The translations under genes were made by a program, and so were the position numbers. 44,301 nt of DNA from Candidatus Nanoarchaeia archaeon. GTDB taxonomy: Archaea; Nanobdellota; Nanobdellia; Woesearchaeales; DSVV01. Position 1 is the first letter of the stretch, and each line of letters starts with the position of its first letter. Shown piece by piece: positions 8,692 to 18,078 of this stretch. The notes under the pieces were generated by a model. That model was not told where the DNA came from, did no database searches, and saw nothing but the letters and a program-made list of their open reading frames with translations. Where the stretch lies: NCBI GenBank assembly GCA_048618745.1, contig JBMCCQ010000002.1, positions 1 through 44,301 of the forward strand. The letters run 5' to 3'.

Positions 8692-9729
8692 ATGAAAACA
8701 AAGGCAAAATTTATCCTTAGTAAAAGTAAAGTGCTTGAGCAGTACAATAAGATTTGTGATACTGCTGACGAGGTTTCTTTTTCATTTAAAACAAACAGGG
8801 AAGTGGGTTTTATTTTAAGAGACAACACTAATTGCAGTTTCTCTGTTCACAGCCCAAGAGCAATCCAGCTGCTAAAGTGCCCTGAAAAGCTGTGGTATTT
8901 CGGCCAGGGCTTTGACAATGATGAACTGGAGCTGGTGTTTGAAAAGGGTGTCAAAAGATTTGTTGTTGACAATAATAATGATATGAATATGCTAATTGAG
9001 TATGCAAAACAAAAAAACATACAAATTGATCTTTTGCTTAGAATGAGGCTGAAAGAAAAAACAGTCCATACAGGAAAACATTTTGTATTTGGGTTTTTTA
9101 GTAAAGAAATTAACAAGTTAATACCAAAGCTGCGCTCTGAAAAAATAATTTATAACCTGGGTGTTCATTTTCACCGCAAAACACAAAATATAAGCGAATG
9201 GTCGCTCAAATACGAAATAGAAAACATTCTTGAAAGGAGTGTTCTTCAAATTGTTGATTATGTAAATATTGGAGGAGGCATCCCTACACGTTATAAAAAT
9301 TTTAAAGCAGAGGTTCTGCAAAGCATATTTAAAGAAATTCAGGAATTCAGGGAATTTCTTAAAAAATTCAATACAAAGATGATTATTGAGCCGGGAAGAT
9401 TCATTGCCGCGCCTCCTGTAAAACTTACTGCAAAAATAATGAATATATATGATCATAACATAATAATCGGCTGCTCAGTATATAACGGGGCAATGGATAC
9501 ATTCGTAACAAACATAAGACTTGAAGTGCAAGGCGAGCTTGATGAAAAAGAGGGAGACGCCTACACAATAAAGGGGAAAACCCCTGACAGTATTGACATA
9601 TTCAGGTACAGGGTGTATCTGAAAAACCCTAAAATTGGTGACTATATCACCTTCCTGAATGCAGGTGCCTATACATACAGTACAGATTTTTGCCTTCTTG
9701 AGCCACTTGAAACAGAAATTATAGATTGA
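8692..9729 (+). CDS. PLP-dependent group IV decarboxylase (Orn/Arg/DAP/carboxynorspermidine decarboxylase fold), short form
   Basis: FSFKTN (PLP-Lys), GVHFHRKTQN, GGGIP, EPGRFIAAP, NAGAYTYS motifs. Substrate cannot be assigned from sequence alone. Confidence 0.7.
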   Translation: MKTKAKFILSKSKVLEQYNKICDTADEVSFSFKTNREVGFILRDNTNCSFSVHSPRAIQLLKCPEKLWYFGQGFDNDELELVFEKGVKRFVVDNNNDMNMLIEYAKQKNIQIDLLLRMRLKEKTVHTGKHFVFGFFSKEINKLIPKLRSEKIIYNLGVHFHRKTQNISEWSLKYEIENILERSVLQIVDYVNIGGGIPTRYKNFKAEVLQSIFKEIQEFREFLKKFNTKMIIEPGRFIAAPPVKLTAKIMNIYDHNIIIGCSVYNGAMDTFVTNIRLEVQGELDEKEGDAYTIKGKTPDSIDIFRYRVYLKNPKIGDYITFLNAGAYTYSTDFCLLEPLETEIID

Positions 9730-9736
9730 ATTGTTT

Positions 9737-10291
9737 TTAATTGCTCAATTGCGATTTAACTGCATCTATAACACCATCAACAGTGTCCTTGCCGGTTTCA
9801 TCATCTTTAAAATCCGAAACAACTGCTCCGCCAAAATGGCTGTTATCTCCAACAACCACCATGCCCTGTATAAACATCCATGAATGGATATCTTTTATTG
9901 CAAGCTCCTGCCCTCCGTTTCTTGATTTACCCACAGCTATACATGCACCAGTTTTTCCTTTTAATAAGAACCCGTTTCTTCTCAGTGGAAGTGTTTTATC
10001 AATCATAGCCTTAAGCTGCGCCGTCATGCTGCCAAAATAAACTGGTGTTATCACTACAACTGCATCAGCTTTTATTAATAGAGAATTCACATAATTTGCA
10101 TTGTCATCATTTATACATTCTTCCACATTAGCACAATTACCACAAGCATTACAAAAACTAATATTCGTTTCACTCAAATTAATTGTCTCAACATTGTGGC
10201 CCGCATTTTGGAATTCTTCCATCATGTAATTTAATATGCTCTCTGAATTCATCCCCTTTCTTGGACTGCCTGAAATTAATGTAAGCCTCAT
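9737..10291 (-). CDS. Iron-sulfur flavoprotein (Isf) / NADPH-dependent FMN reductase family
   Basis: N-terminal LISGSPRKGMNS flavodoxin-like loop plus a compact CNACGNCANVEEC cysteine motif (Cx2Cx2Cx5C), as in methanogen Isf. Confidence 0.7.
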   Translation of the reverse strand: MRLTLISGSPRKGMNSESILNYMMEEFQNAGHNVETINLSETNISFCNACGNCANVEECINDDNANYVNSLLIKADAVVVITPVYFGSMTAQLKAMIDKTLPLRRNGFLLKGKTGACIAVGKSRNGGQELAIKDIHSWMFIQGMVVVGDNSHFGGAVVSDFKDDETGKDTVDGVIDAVKSQLSN

Positions 10292-10824
10292 TTTACTCCC
10301 CCTGCTAATTTCCCATAGATACAGACATTCTGATACCTGCCCTTAATCCTTAATTTATCTCGAAGTGTTCCTTCATGCTTAAATCCCGCCTTCATAAGAA
10401 CCCTTGCTGAAGAAGCATTCTCACTATACACTTCTGCATGCAGCCTGTGAAGTTTTAGCTCCCGAAACGCAAATTTTTCGACCAATTTTAAGGCTTCACT
10501 CATAATCCCCTTATTCCAGTAATTCTTTGAAAGCCAGTAGCCAAGAACAGCCATTTTATTCTGGTAGTCAATTTTACTTAAGCTAATCATCCCGATAACC
10601 CTGTCATTCTCAAGACATATACCAAACTGAAACCGCTTTTTTGTTCTCCAGCCCGCAATACTTCTTCTGATATGTCCTTCTGCATACTCAGGTTTATAAG
10701 GCCAGGGAACATTTGTAAGCCACTTTATAATATCCCTGTCATTAATAGCATTATAGATATCGTCCTTATCCCTTAACTTAAGCTTTCTTATTAATACGTT
10801 TTTACCATTAATTCTATTATGCAT
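10288..10824 (-). CDS. GNAT N-acetyltransferase (RimJ/RimL-like)
   Basis: Acetyltransf_3-like layout: WLSKNYWNKGIMSEAL (acetyl-CoA loop), RLHAEVYSENASSARVLMKAGF. Confidence 0.7.
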   Translation of the reverse strand: MHNRINGKNVLIRKLKLRDKDDIYNAINDRDIIKWLTNVPWPYKPEYAEGHIRRSIAGWRTKKRFQFGICLENDRVIGMISLSKIDYQNKMAVLGYWLSKNYWNKGIMSEALKLVEKFAFRELKLHRLHAEVYSENASSARVLMKAGFKHEGTLRDKLRIKGRYQNVCIYGKLAGGVK

Positions 10825-10864
10825 CTTATTAATTATATGACGTTAACTATTAAATTTTTTCGTT

Positions 10865-11836
10865 TTAAAACAATGCACCAACAAAAAATCTGCTGATAAA
10901 AAATATTGTGACTGAGATGACTGCAATTATTGGTGCATATCTCAACCCGTAAGTTTTATTGCCCTCAGATATCACTCCCATTAAAATAGCAGAAAATATG
11001 GATGTTGAAAGCATTAATGCCATAGCAAGAACAAATATAAATTCAGAGGAGACCGCTACCTCTCCTGCCATGAGACCTAGCTCAAACTCTTCAGCAGCGG
11101 CAGCGCCACCACCACCCATACCCTCAATCATGCTTATAAACTGGATTGAAATTGCAAACAACAGAGGACTTCCGATTACCACAGTAAATAGAATAAACAT
11201 TGTGTAAGTCTTTGTGCCTGTAGTAAGATCCTTTTTCAGGCTTTTAGTTTCATTCATATCATTGGCAGTCTCCTCCATAAGCTCAGCCATGTGACTTCCC
11301 GAATAAAGTGAAGTAACAAAAAGGTTCACAACCCTGTCCAGAAGCTTAGAATCAATTGTTTCCTTAATTTCATGCAAAGCATGCTCAAAACTACCTGAGC
11401 CAAGCCCCTTGGTAGTTGCAATTTCTATTTCATCGCGCAGCGGACCAAACTCAGGCCTTGCAGCAGACTTAAGAGCCTGAAAAGGGGTAAGACCAGCTCT
11501 TAGGCTTGAAGAAACAATATGCAAAAAATCCGGCAGCACGCTCTCAACTTTATCCCTTCGGTCTTCAATTTTAAAATTAATAAGCAGCAGGTCAACCATA
11601 ATAATAAGGGGCAGAATAAAAATTCCCAGCGGCACTCCAATGAAAATGTAATCAGGATATAGAAAAACACCAGTAAATACATTGATAGCAAAGAGAGCTA
11701 TAAAAATCAAAATTGAAATGCCAAGTCTTTTTTCAGGATTTACTTTCAACCCTGAAACCTGTAGCTTACTTTTGTAATGCTCCTTTAGTTTACTCGGAAA
11801 AAAGCTACCTAATCCCTTTATCAGCTTAATTGTCAT
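10865..11836 (-). CDS. Type IV pilus platform protein, T2SSF domain (TadC/EpdK/FlaJ-C-like)
   Basis: LPDFLHIVSSSLRAGLTPFQAL T2SSF motif flanked by TM helices. 1-nt gap from the upstream platform gene. Confidence 0.8.
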   Translation of the reverse strand: MTIKLIKGLGSFFPSKLKEHYKSKLQVSGLKVNPEKRLGISILIFIALFAINVFTGVFLYPDYIFIGVPLGIFILPLIIMVDLLLINFKIEDRRDKVESVLPDFLHIVSSSLRAGLTPFQALKSAARPEFGPLRDEIEIATTKGLGSGSFEHALHEIKETIDSKLLDRVVNLFVTSLYSGSHMAELMEETANDMNETKSLKKDLTTGTKTYTMFILFTVVIGSPLLFAISIQFISMIEGMGGGGAAAAEEFELGLMAGEVAVSSEFIFVLAMALMLSTSIFSAILMGVISEGNKTYGLRYAPIIAVISVTIFFISRFFVGALF

Positions 11837-11837
11837 T

Positions 11838-12731
11838 TTAAAAGTTAATTGCCGGCCTCCTTGAATGTATTAAACCTATTATCACATACTGGACCAGTAA
11901 ACAAAGCACTCCAAATACTATAAAAAGTCCTCTTGTAAGGCCAAAACCGGAAAATGTTGTTAAAATCAGCATAAGTGTCAGACCAATAGTAGGAATCGCA
12001 ACCGCAAAAAGCATGTAAATAAGTGACCAAAGGTTTAACTCCTGGGCATAATTTCTTATTTTCTCCTTATGATTCTGCAGCTGCTCAGTTATTACAATCC
12101 TTAACGCTGTCTTAAGGTTGCTTCCGGATTTAAGGACATTAACAATCTGCCATACTGTACGTTTCATATACTCAGAACTTGTACGAAGAGCCATCTCTTC
12201 AAGGGCTGCTTCCAGCGGCCTTCCTGACTGAACCTGTTTTGCAACCTTTTCAAATTCCTTGCTTACTTCACCATAATCAGAATTTGCAATTGAAACCAAT
12301 GCATCATAAAGCTGTGTTCCTGCACTAACCTTTAATAATAGGTCTTTTAAAGCAAATATCAGGTTACTTTCAATTTTTTCAGCATTCTTACCTGCAACAA
12401 CTTTTGGATACCTTATTGTAACAACAGCAATCAATAGAAACAAAAACAATCCTAAGCCTACACTATAATATATGGCCTCAATAATTGGCCGTGCATCAAG
12501 GCCTACTATCAAAGCAAAAAGGAATATTCCTGAAAACAACATCCAGCAAAGTGCATTAAGAGTGACAAGCACAGAATAAGTGTCTTTGTCTGTACCCATA
12601 TCAGCTGTTCTCAAATCATCTTCCAGCGTAGGAAAAAAAGAATTAACCAGCCTGCTTATAATACTTAGTTTCTTTGAGACTTGTTTTGCCCTTATTTCGG
12701 GAAAATAAATAAATGGAACTCTTTGCTTCAT
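11838..12731 (-). CDS. Type IV pilus platform protein, T2SSF domain (TadB/EpdJ/FlaJ-N-like)
   Basis: T2SSF-like cytoplasmic domain (ALKDLLLKVSAGTQLYDAL...SGRPLEAALEEM) plus TM helices. 2-nt gap after the ATPase gene. Confidence 0.8.
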   Translation of the reverse strand: MKQRVPFIYFPEIRAKQVSKKLSIISRLVNSFFPTLEDDLRTADMGTDKDTYSVLVTLNALCWMLFSGIFLFALIVGLDARPIIEAIYYSVGLGLFLFLLIAVVTIRYPKVVAGKNAEKIESNLIFALKDLLLKVSAGTQLYDALVSIANSDYGEVSKEFEKVAKQVQSGRPLEAALEEMALRTSSEYMKRTVWQIVNVLKSGSNLKTALRIVITEQLQNHKEKIRNYAQELNLWSLIYMLFAVAIPTIGLTLMLILTTFSGFGLTRGLFIVFGVLCLLVQYVIIGLIHSRRPAINF

Positions 12732-12733
12732 TT

Positions 12734-14287
12734 TCAGGCCTCGCTTAGCACATCATAAATTGTTTTGTTCTGCCTTATAAATTCAAGAAGTTTTTCTCTG
12801 TCTTTATAGTAACTCTTCATAACCTTTCCAATAGAATCCGTTTTAAAAACCTCATTTTTAACCATCCATTCTAGTATAGTTTTGCGCTTATCAAGGTCTT
12901 CCTGCATTTCTTTAGGGGTCATGCCTGTCCTGAGGTTAAGATCTTCAACAATTCTTACGCAATCATCAACTTTTTCAAACGTATCTGATTTTGGCCGCCA
13001 TCTATATAAATAATTTACTTTGAGCTCATCGTCCATTATCCCTCCTCTTAAAACTTCAGCAACTTCAAGTGTTCTTCTCACATTTCTCTTTCTGTCCCTG
13101 TGTTGAACAAGTACAAGGTGCAGGGCCTCTGCCTCATTTTTAGGAATAGAAATTGGCGGTTCAAGAATTCTTCTTGTTAACTGCTCCACAGTGTCCGCGT
13201 GCATAGTTGTATACACACTATGACCTGTGTGCATTGCTTCAAACATAGTTTCTGCCTGCTCTCTTTTCCGGACTTCTCCTACAATAATCCTGTCAGGTCT
13301 CATCCTCAGGCTTGCTACAATCAGGTCAAGCATGCTTATGCTCCCTTCACCTTCTGTGTTTTCCTTACGACTAACCATTGGTATCCAATTCCAGTTCAAA
13401 TCCCTTGGAAGAACAAATTCACGGGTATCTTCAACAGAGATTATCCTCTGGTTTTTAGGAAGTAGAGCGCATAAAGCATTTAATACAGATGTCTTGCCCG
13501 AAGCAGTTCCGCCGCAGACAAGAATATTTAGCTCATATTCAAGTGCCTGCCAGAGTAAAGCAGCAATATCTTTTGTCATAACACCAAATTTTTCTGAAAC
13601 AAAATGTGTAATAGTCCATGGGCTTCTTGAAAACCTCCTGAAAGTAATTGTATTTCCTGAAGAGCTAATAGGAAAAAGTGTTGCTGCCACCCTGTCTCCT
13701 GAAACTAGATGAGCATCCATAATTGGATTCAGGTTATTAATCTCTCTGCCAACTTTTCTTCCAATCATTGCCGCATAATTATAAATCTGCTCTTCACTGT
13801 CAACATACGTTGTGGTTTTTAGCCATCCATAATGCTTATGATAAACTGAAATAGGCCTGTCAGAGCGGTTAAGACAAATCTCTTCTAAGAGATTATCAGC
13901 CATTATAATATCCATTTTTCCAAAACCATACATTGTCTGTACAATAATTCCTGCAATACACTTTTGCTCGGCAAGCGTAGAATTAGGAAACAACCCTTTT
14001 ACCTTGTCTAATGCGTTTATAAAAAATTTTTCTCGCAGTTTTTGAAGCTTAGTCGGATTGGTAATTTCCTCCTTAGAAACCTTTGTTTCAGAAGACAATT
14101 GGTTCATAATGTCAACAATTAAAAGGTCAGTCTCCTGGGACATATTGGGAAGCTTAACATCATAAATTGCTACATTTTCCCCCCAGACTTCACTAATTGT
14201 AACCTTGGCAGGGACATGGTCAGAAGTAACCTCATATGATTCAAGCACCTTTCCTTCAATTGGATGAATGCTGCTTCCCTTAGCCAT
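12734..14287 (-). CDS. Type II/IV secretion-family assembly ATPase (FlaI/ArlI / EpdL / TadA-like)
   Basis: Walker A CGGTASGKTS, Walker B-like RIIVGEVR, His-box TMHAD. Size and domain order match archaeal T4P ATPases. Confidence 0.9.
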   Translation of the reverse strand: MAKGSSIHPIEGKVLESYEVTSDHVPAKVTISEVWGENVAIYDVKLPNMSQETDLLIVDIMNQLSSETKVSKEEITNPTKLQKLREKFFINALDKVKGLFPNSTLAEQKCIAGIIVQTMYGFGKMDIIMADNLLEEICLNRSDRPISVYHKHYGWLKTTTYVDSEEQIYNYAAMIGRKVGREINNLNPIMDAHLVSGDRVAATLFPISSSGNTITFRRFSRSPWTITHFVSEKFGVMTKDIAALLWQALEYELNILVCGGTASGKTSVLNALCALLPKNQRIISVEDTREFVLPRDLNWNWIPMVSRKENTEGEGSISMLDLIVASLRMRPDRIIVGEVRKREQAETMFEAMHTGHSVYTTMHADTVEQLTRRILEPPISIPKNEAEALHLVLVQHRDRKRNVRRTLEVAEVLRGGIMDDELKVNYLYRWRPKSDTFEKVDDCVRIVEDLNLRTGMTPKEMQEDLDKRKTILEWMVKNEVFKTDSIGKVMKSYYKDREKLLEFIRQNKTIYDVLSEA

Positions 14288-14290
14288 AGC

Positions 14291-15595
14291 CTACATTTTC
14301 CTCCTTTTTGTTTTTCTGGTTGCTTTTTTAGGAGAGCCCCGGGTAGTTTTTTTCGTTGTCCTTTTTTTAGCTGTTTTGTTGGTAGAACTCTTAGCAGCCT
14401 TATTTGACTTGACTTTGGATACTGAAGAACCCCCTCTGGCTGTTTTCTTAGTTGATTTTCTGATTGATTTTTTGGTAGAACTGCTGGCCAAAGTTTTTGA
14501 TTTGCCTGCCTTTTTTGTGGATTTTTGTGTGCTCTTTTTTGTACTTGTTTTGGCTGTCTGCGTTTTAGTGGATGACTTCTTCGTCCTTTTGGGTGCGCCT
14601 TTATTTGCTTTCTTTGTGGATTTATGGACAGGTTTTTTTGTTTTATAGGATGAAGATTTTGTTTTGGCCTTTTCTTTGGTTGTTTTTTTGGTGGAACTTC
14701 CAGCAGCCTTTTTAGTTGAACTTGTTGAAGATTTTTTCGCCGAAAGTTTCTTTTCCAGGCTTTTTATTGACTTGGTGAGCTCAGCAATTTTTTTATTGCC
14801 CTGATTAATCATTTCCTTAAGCTCGTTAATCTTTTTATCCTGTTTATTCTGGACATCTTTTTGCTCCTTGTTTTGTTTTGCATTTTCCTTCACATTTCTC
14901 TGAAGTTTCTCAATTTCCTTGATTATTGCTTTGTCATTGCGGGAAAGCTCTTCAGATGATTTTGAGATATTATCAGCTTTTTTATCAATATTTGAGAGAA
15001 GATTACTTACGAGGCGCTCTATATTATCTACACTGCTTAACCTTTTTTCCAGCCCGTCGGTTTTATCATTAAGCTGAGCAATAGCCTCCTCCACCTGTTT
15101 AAAGGTTTCCCTGTTCTCGTCCTCGGACTGCTTGAGTTGATTTTTCAAATTTTCAAAATGCTCAAAAATAAGTTTTAAAAAGCTAGCACTCTTTGCCTTT
15201 CCAACAAGCTCTTGCTGATTGGTATTCCTCAGATTTTCCGGGTTTTCTTGATTTCCTGTCTTTTTTGGAATATCTTTTGTGCCAATTTCCTGACTCTGGC
15301 TATCTTCCTCAGGTTTTTTTCCATTTTTTTCAGCATTTGGAGTTGTAATTTCCTGGTTTTGCTCCTTTGGTTTTTCCTCAGGTTGCTGCTGATTTTGTTG
15401 TTCACTTTTTCCCATAAATCCAAAAAAGCCCTTTTTTTGCTGCTTTTCAACCTGTTTCTCTTCAACAGTATAATCACTTTCCTTTTTTTCCTCTGCATGC
15501 TCTTCTGATAACCCACCAGCCTGGGCATGTGTTCCACAGTATGGACAAAAAACATCATCAGCACCCAGATCCGCTTTGCAGGATGGACATTTCAT
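14291..15595 (-). CDS. Zinc-ribbon / coiled-coil protein with 150-aa Lys/Ser/Thr-rich basic tail (histone H1-like low complexity)
   Basis: N-terminus CPSCKADLGADDVFCPYCG, then a Q/E/K-rich linker and heptad-like coiled coil. The C-terminal 150 aa (14294-14743) is made of STKK/SPKK-type repeats. Confidence 0.7.
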   Translation of the reverse strand: MKCPSCKADLGADDVFCPYCGTHAQAGGLSEEHAEEKKESDYTVEEKQVEKQQKKGFFGFMGKSEQQNQQQPEEKPKEQNQEITTPNAEKNGKKPEEDSQSQEIGTKDIPKKTGNQENPENLRNTNQQELVGKAKSASFLKLIFEHFENLKNQLKQSEDENRETFKQVEEAIAQLNDKTDGLEKRLSSVDNIERLVSNLLSNIDKKADNISKSSEELSRNDKAIIKEIEKLQRNVKENAKQNKEQKDVQNKQDKKINELKEMINQGNKKIAELTKSIKSLEKKLSAKKSSTSSTKKAAGSSTKKTTKEKAKTKSSSYKTKKPVHKSTKKANKGAPKRTKKSSTKTQTAKTSTKKSTQKSTKKAGKSKTLASSSTKKSIRKSTKKTARGGSSVSKVKSNKAAKSSTNKTAKKRTTKKTTRGSPKKATRKTKRRKM

Positions 15596-15940
15596 CTACT
15601 TCACCTCTTTTCCGCATTTAGTACAGAACTTTGCATTTTCTTTTAATGGATTACCACAATTAGGACAGGCATTTTTCGGTTCATTGCTTTCAGGCATCAC
15701 TTTCTTTATTCTATCAGGCTTTTTTTTATCAGCTAAAAAATATACAGGCGAGCCAATTAAAGGATACTTAGCCTTAATCTTTTTTGCCCTGCTTAAGATT
15801 TCAGCATATTTTTGTACATGCTTTTTATCAAGATTAAGACTCTTGCACACGTAAGGTTCAGAAACCGTTCCTTCTTCTCTTATTAATCCATAAAACTTAT
15901 CAATATCTGTTTGAATAGTATGAAGCTCTTTAGTATCCAT
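15596..15940 (-). CDS. Small protein with a possible winged-helix N-domain and C-terminal zinc ribbon
   Basis: C-terminus CPNCGNPLKENAKFCTKCG. The N-terminal 70 aa has an HTH-like pattern (SEPYVCKSLNLDKKHVQKYAEILSRAKKI...YPLIGSPVYF). The wHTH call is tentative. Confidence 0.5.
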   Translation of the reverse strand: MDTKELHTIQTDIDKFYGLIREEGTVSEPYVCKSLNLDKKHVQKYAEILSRAKKIKAKYPLIGSPVYFLADKKKPDRIKKVMPESNEPKNACPNCGNPLKENAKFCTKCGKEVK

Positions 15941-15955
15941 TAGTTTCCCCCTTTT

Positions 15956-16777
15956 TTAATCAGCCGTCAGACGAATTGTGTTACTGCCGGAAAAATTGTT
16001 TTTTTTATCCCTGATTATTGTATTCCCCCCCGCATTTAAATATATTTTGCTTTTATCTGCATTCTCCATTTCAAGCCTTAGATTAACCTCTGCCTCTATA
16101 TCCCTGTACGCTGTTACATCCATAATACTGTTGGTTACGTTAACGAAGAAAAGAGGCTTAGGTTCACTGCTGTTAAAGATGACAGAAAAAAAATTATCCC
16201 CGCTAATCTCAATGTTTCTGTTTCGCTCCAGCAGTATTTGGCCATCGCTATCCAATACTTTAAGAAATAACTCTGTTTCTCCGGATTCATAGGATTCATT
16301 TGTATTGTTTAAATATGAGGCACCGTCGCTTAATTCCGCTGTAATATAAATGGAGGAAACATTCTTATTTATCCTGCTTCTGTGAAGATAATGATTTTTA
16401 GTAAAATTTAACTTAAAAGGCGACAAAATGTAGTTTGGGCTTAAATTCAGCATAACATCAAGATTATTCGCCTGCGCATAATAATTCTCAATGTAATGTG
16501 TATATTCATTTAATAAAAACGAGGGATCCTCACGCTCCCTTGATAATATGAACTCTTGCTCAAAACTCCTCTTGGAAAAATCAATTATTTCAAATTCCAT
16601 AATATCAATAAAATTTACTGCAATTGTATTTTCAATCTGTTTTAATTTGGTTGAGACCATACTCTCAGAAAGCATGTTTTCATAATCAGCTTGCCGCTGC
16701 ATGATAGCAACTGAAGTCATAACAAGGCCTCCAAGCAAGACAATCATTAAAATACTGTAGAGCAATGATTTTTTCAT
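15956..16777 (-). CDS. N-terminally anchored extracytoplasmic protein, pilus-associated by context
   Basis: MKKSLLYSILMIVLLGGLVMTSVAIM anchor. 4-nt overlap with the upstream pilin-like gene. Asn/Ser-rich beta-type body. Confidence 0.5.
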   Translation of the reverse strand: MKKSLLYSILMIVLLGGLVMTSVAIMQRQADYENMLSESMVSTKLKQIENTIAVNFIDIMEFEIIDFSKRSFEQEFILSREREDPSFLLNEYTHYIENYYAQANNLDVMLNLSPNYILSPFKLNFTKNHYLHRSRINKNVSSIYITAELSDGASYLNNTNESYESGETELFLKVLDSDGQILLERNRNIEISGDNFFSVIFNSSEPKPLFFVNVTNSIMDVTAYRDIEAEVNLRLEMENADKSKIYLNAGGNTIIRDKKNNFSGSNTIRLTAD

Positions 16778-17181
16778 TTATACCACATCTCAATCTCTGC
16801 ATTGTAGATATCCTGCTCATAAATAAAGGGCATTGTAGCAATAGCTTCATCTTCGGGACTTTGAAGCTCACACCCGGGTTTTATAGCATTAAAAGACCAT
16901 TCACGGTCCTTATTTGCGATGGTAACATTAGCGCAAACATTATATGATGTGTATTTTTGCAGAAAAATTGAGACATGCTCAACTCTGCCTGCCATTACAG
17001 CATCTGCGAGCAACCCCTTATGATTCATCAGATTAAGTGTATCATACGCAGTATATTCAAGTTTATTATTATCCATATCAAAATCAATCATAAAAAAAAC
17101 ACTGGTAATTGCGGTTAATACCATAACTGTAGCAATCAATGCATCCAATGAAAACAGTATCCCGCGTTTCAAGTAACACAC
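16774..17181 (-). CDS. Class III signal peptide (prepilin-like) protein, minor pilin candidate
   Basis: MCYLKRG/ILFSLDALIATVMVLTAITSVFF: a short basic leader, Gly, then a hydrophobic helix. Confidence 0.6.
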   Translation of the reverse strand: MCYLKRGILFSLDALIATVMVLTAITSVFFMIDFDMDNNKLEYTAYDTLNLMNHKGLLADAVMAGRVEHVSIFLQKYTSYNVCANVTIANKDREWSFNAIKPGCELQSPEDEAIATMPFIYEQDIYNAEIEMWYK

Positions 17182-17744
17182 CCTTTTAGTATTATCCTAT
17201 ATATATCATTAGCATTCCCTGAAGCCAGCCTTTCATGTTGACTTGTTATTTCACATCCCCCCATATAACCAATTTCCCATGAATCCGTTACATTGTAGCT
17301 TGAATTAAACCTTTTTACATTCAGTTTGAATTCATACCCCGGACCTCTAACTCCAAGCAAAGTCTTAATATCTTCATAACTTTCATTATGGTTTAAGGCA
17401 GCCACCTTATCCTTATCAAAATGGCCGTATCTGCCTGTAGTCAACCCCAGCGAGCTGATTTTTTCTGCATCAATTGAAGAGTAATCACTCCAGTTATACG
17501 GCTCGCCTGGATGAGTCATCAGGCTTTCTAAGGCATAAGCGGTTACAAGTTCAAGGTCATTAGCTTTTTCCTCCTGCTCAAAAGAAAATCGTACATCATC
17601 CCAGAAAACTACTAGGGACAGAAAAATAGTAATAAATATCACACCAGATACAATAAAATCTACTGAGTGAACCTGCCCTTTAGTCAAGAACAATCCTATC
17701 ACCCTCATTAACAATGCTGTTTTGCCCAATTTCCAACTCCCCAC
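17169..17744 (-). CDS. Class III signal peptide (prepilin-like) protein, minor pilin candidate
   Basis: ...LTKG/QVHSVDFIVSGVIFITIFLSLVVFW. The start is ambiguous: GTG at 17744 or ATG at 17708. Confidence 0.55.
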   Translation of the reverse strand: MGSWKLGKTALLMRVIGLFLTKGQVHSVDFIVSGVIFITIFLSLVVFWDDVRFSFEQEEKANDLELVTAYALESLMTHPGEPYNWSDYSSIDAEKISSLGLTTGRYGHFDKDKVAALNHNESYEDIKTLLGVRGPGYEFKLNVKRFNSSYNVTDSWEIGYMGGCEITSQHERLASGNANDIYRIILKGCVT

Positions 17745-18078
17745 TAATCTCAGATGTCAGCACAGGATAAGTATAATGAATATCCTCAAGCGAAATAACA
17801 ACCTCTCTGGAGTCCCCTATAACTTTTAATGAATAATTGCGGCTATGAATATCTTGAGGAAGGTATAGCTCTGCTTTTGAATTGTTTCCTGCCAAATGCA
17901 CATCATTTATGGTAAGTCCAACCCTTTCAGCGATTGTTTTTGCCTCAAGACGAAGAGCAGTATTGTCGAATTGACTGTTTTTATCCTGAATTAATGCAAA
18001 AAAAGAAAGAAATATTATCAAAAGTATTGCAAGTATAAGGGTAAATTCAATTGTCGCCTGAGACTTTTTTAAGGACAT
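17680..18078 (-). CDS. Class III signal peptide (prepilin-like) protein, minor pilin candidate
   Basis: MSLKKS/QATIEFTLILAILLIIFLSFF, with Glu at about +5 of the predicted mature end. Confidence 0.6.
   Translation of the reverse strand: MSLKKSQATIEFTLILAILLIIFLSFFALIQDKNSQFDNTALRLEAKTIAERVGLTINDVHLAGNNSKAELYLPQDIHSRNYSLKVIGDSREVVISLEDIHYTYPVLTSEISGELEIGQNSIVNEGDRIVLD

Noticed and set aside
14268-14648. 126-aa plus-strand ORF (L/F/V-rich) antisense to the Lys-rich tail, and the similar ORFs at 15212-15508 and 15576-15854
   Set aside because: They are mirror images of low-complexity AAG/AAA-rich coding sequence on the other strand. They have no SD or promoter, and the sense-strand protein has clear zinc-ribbon and coiled-coil features.
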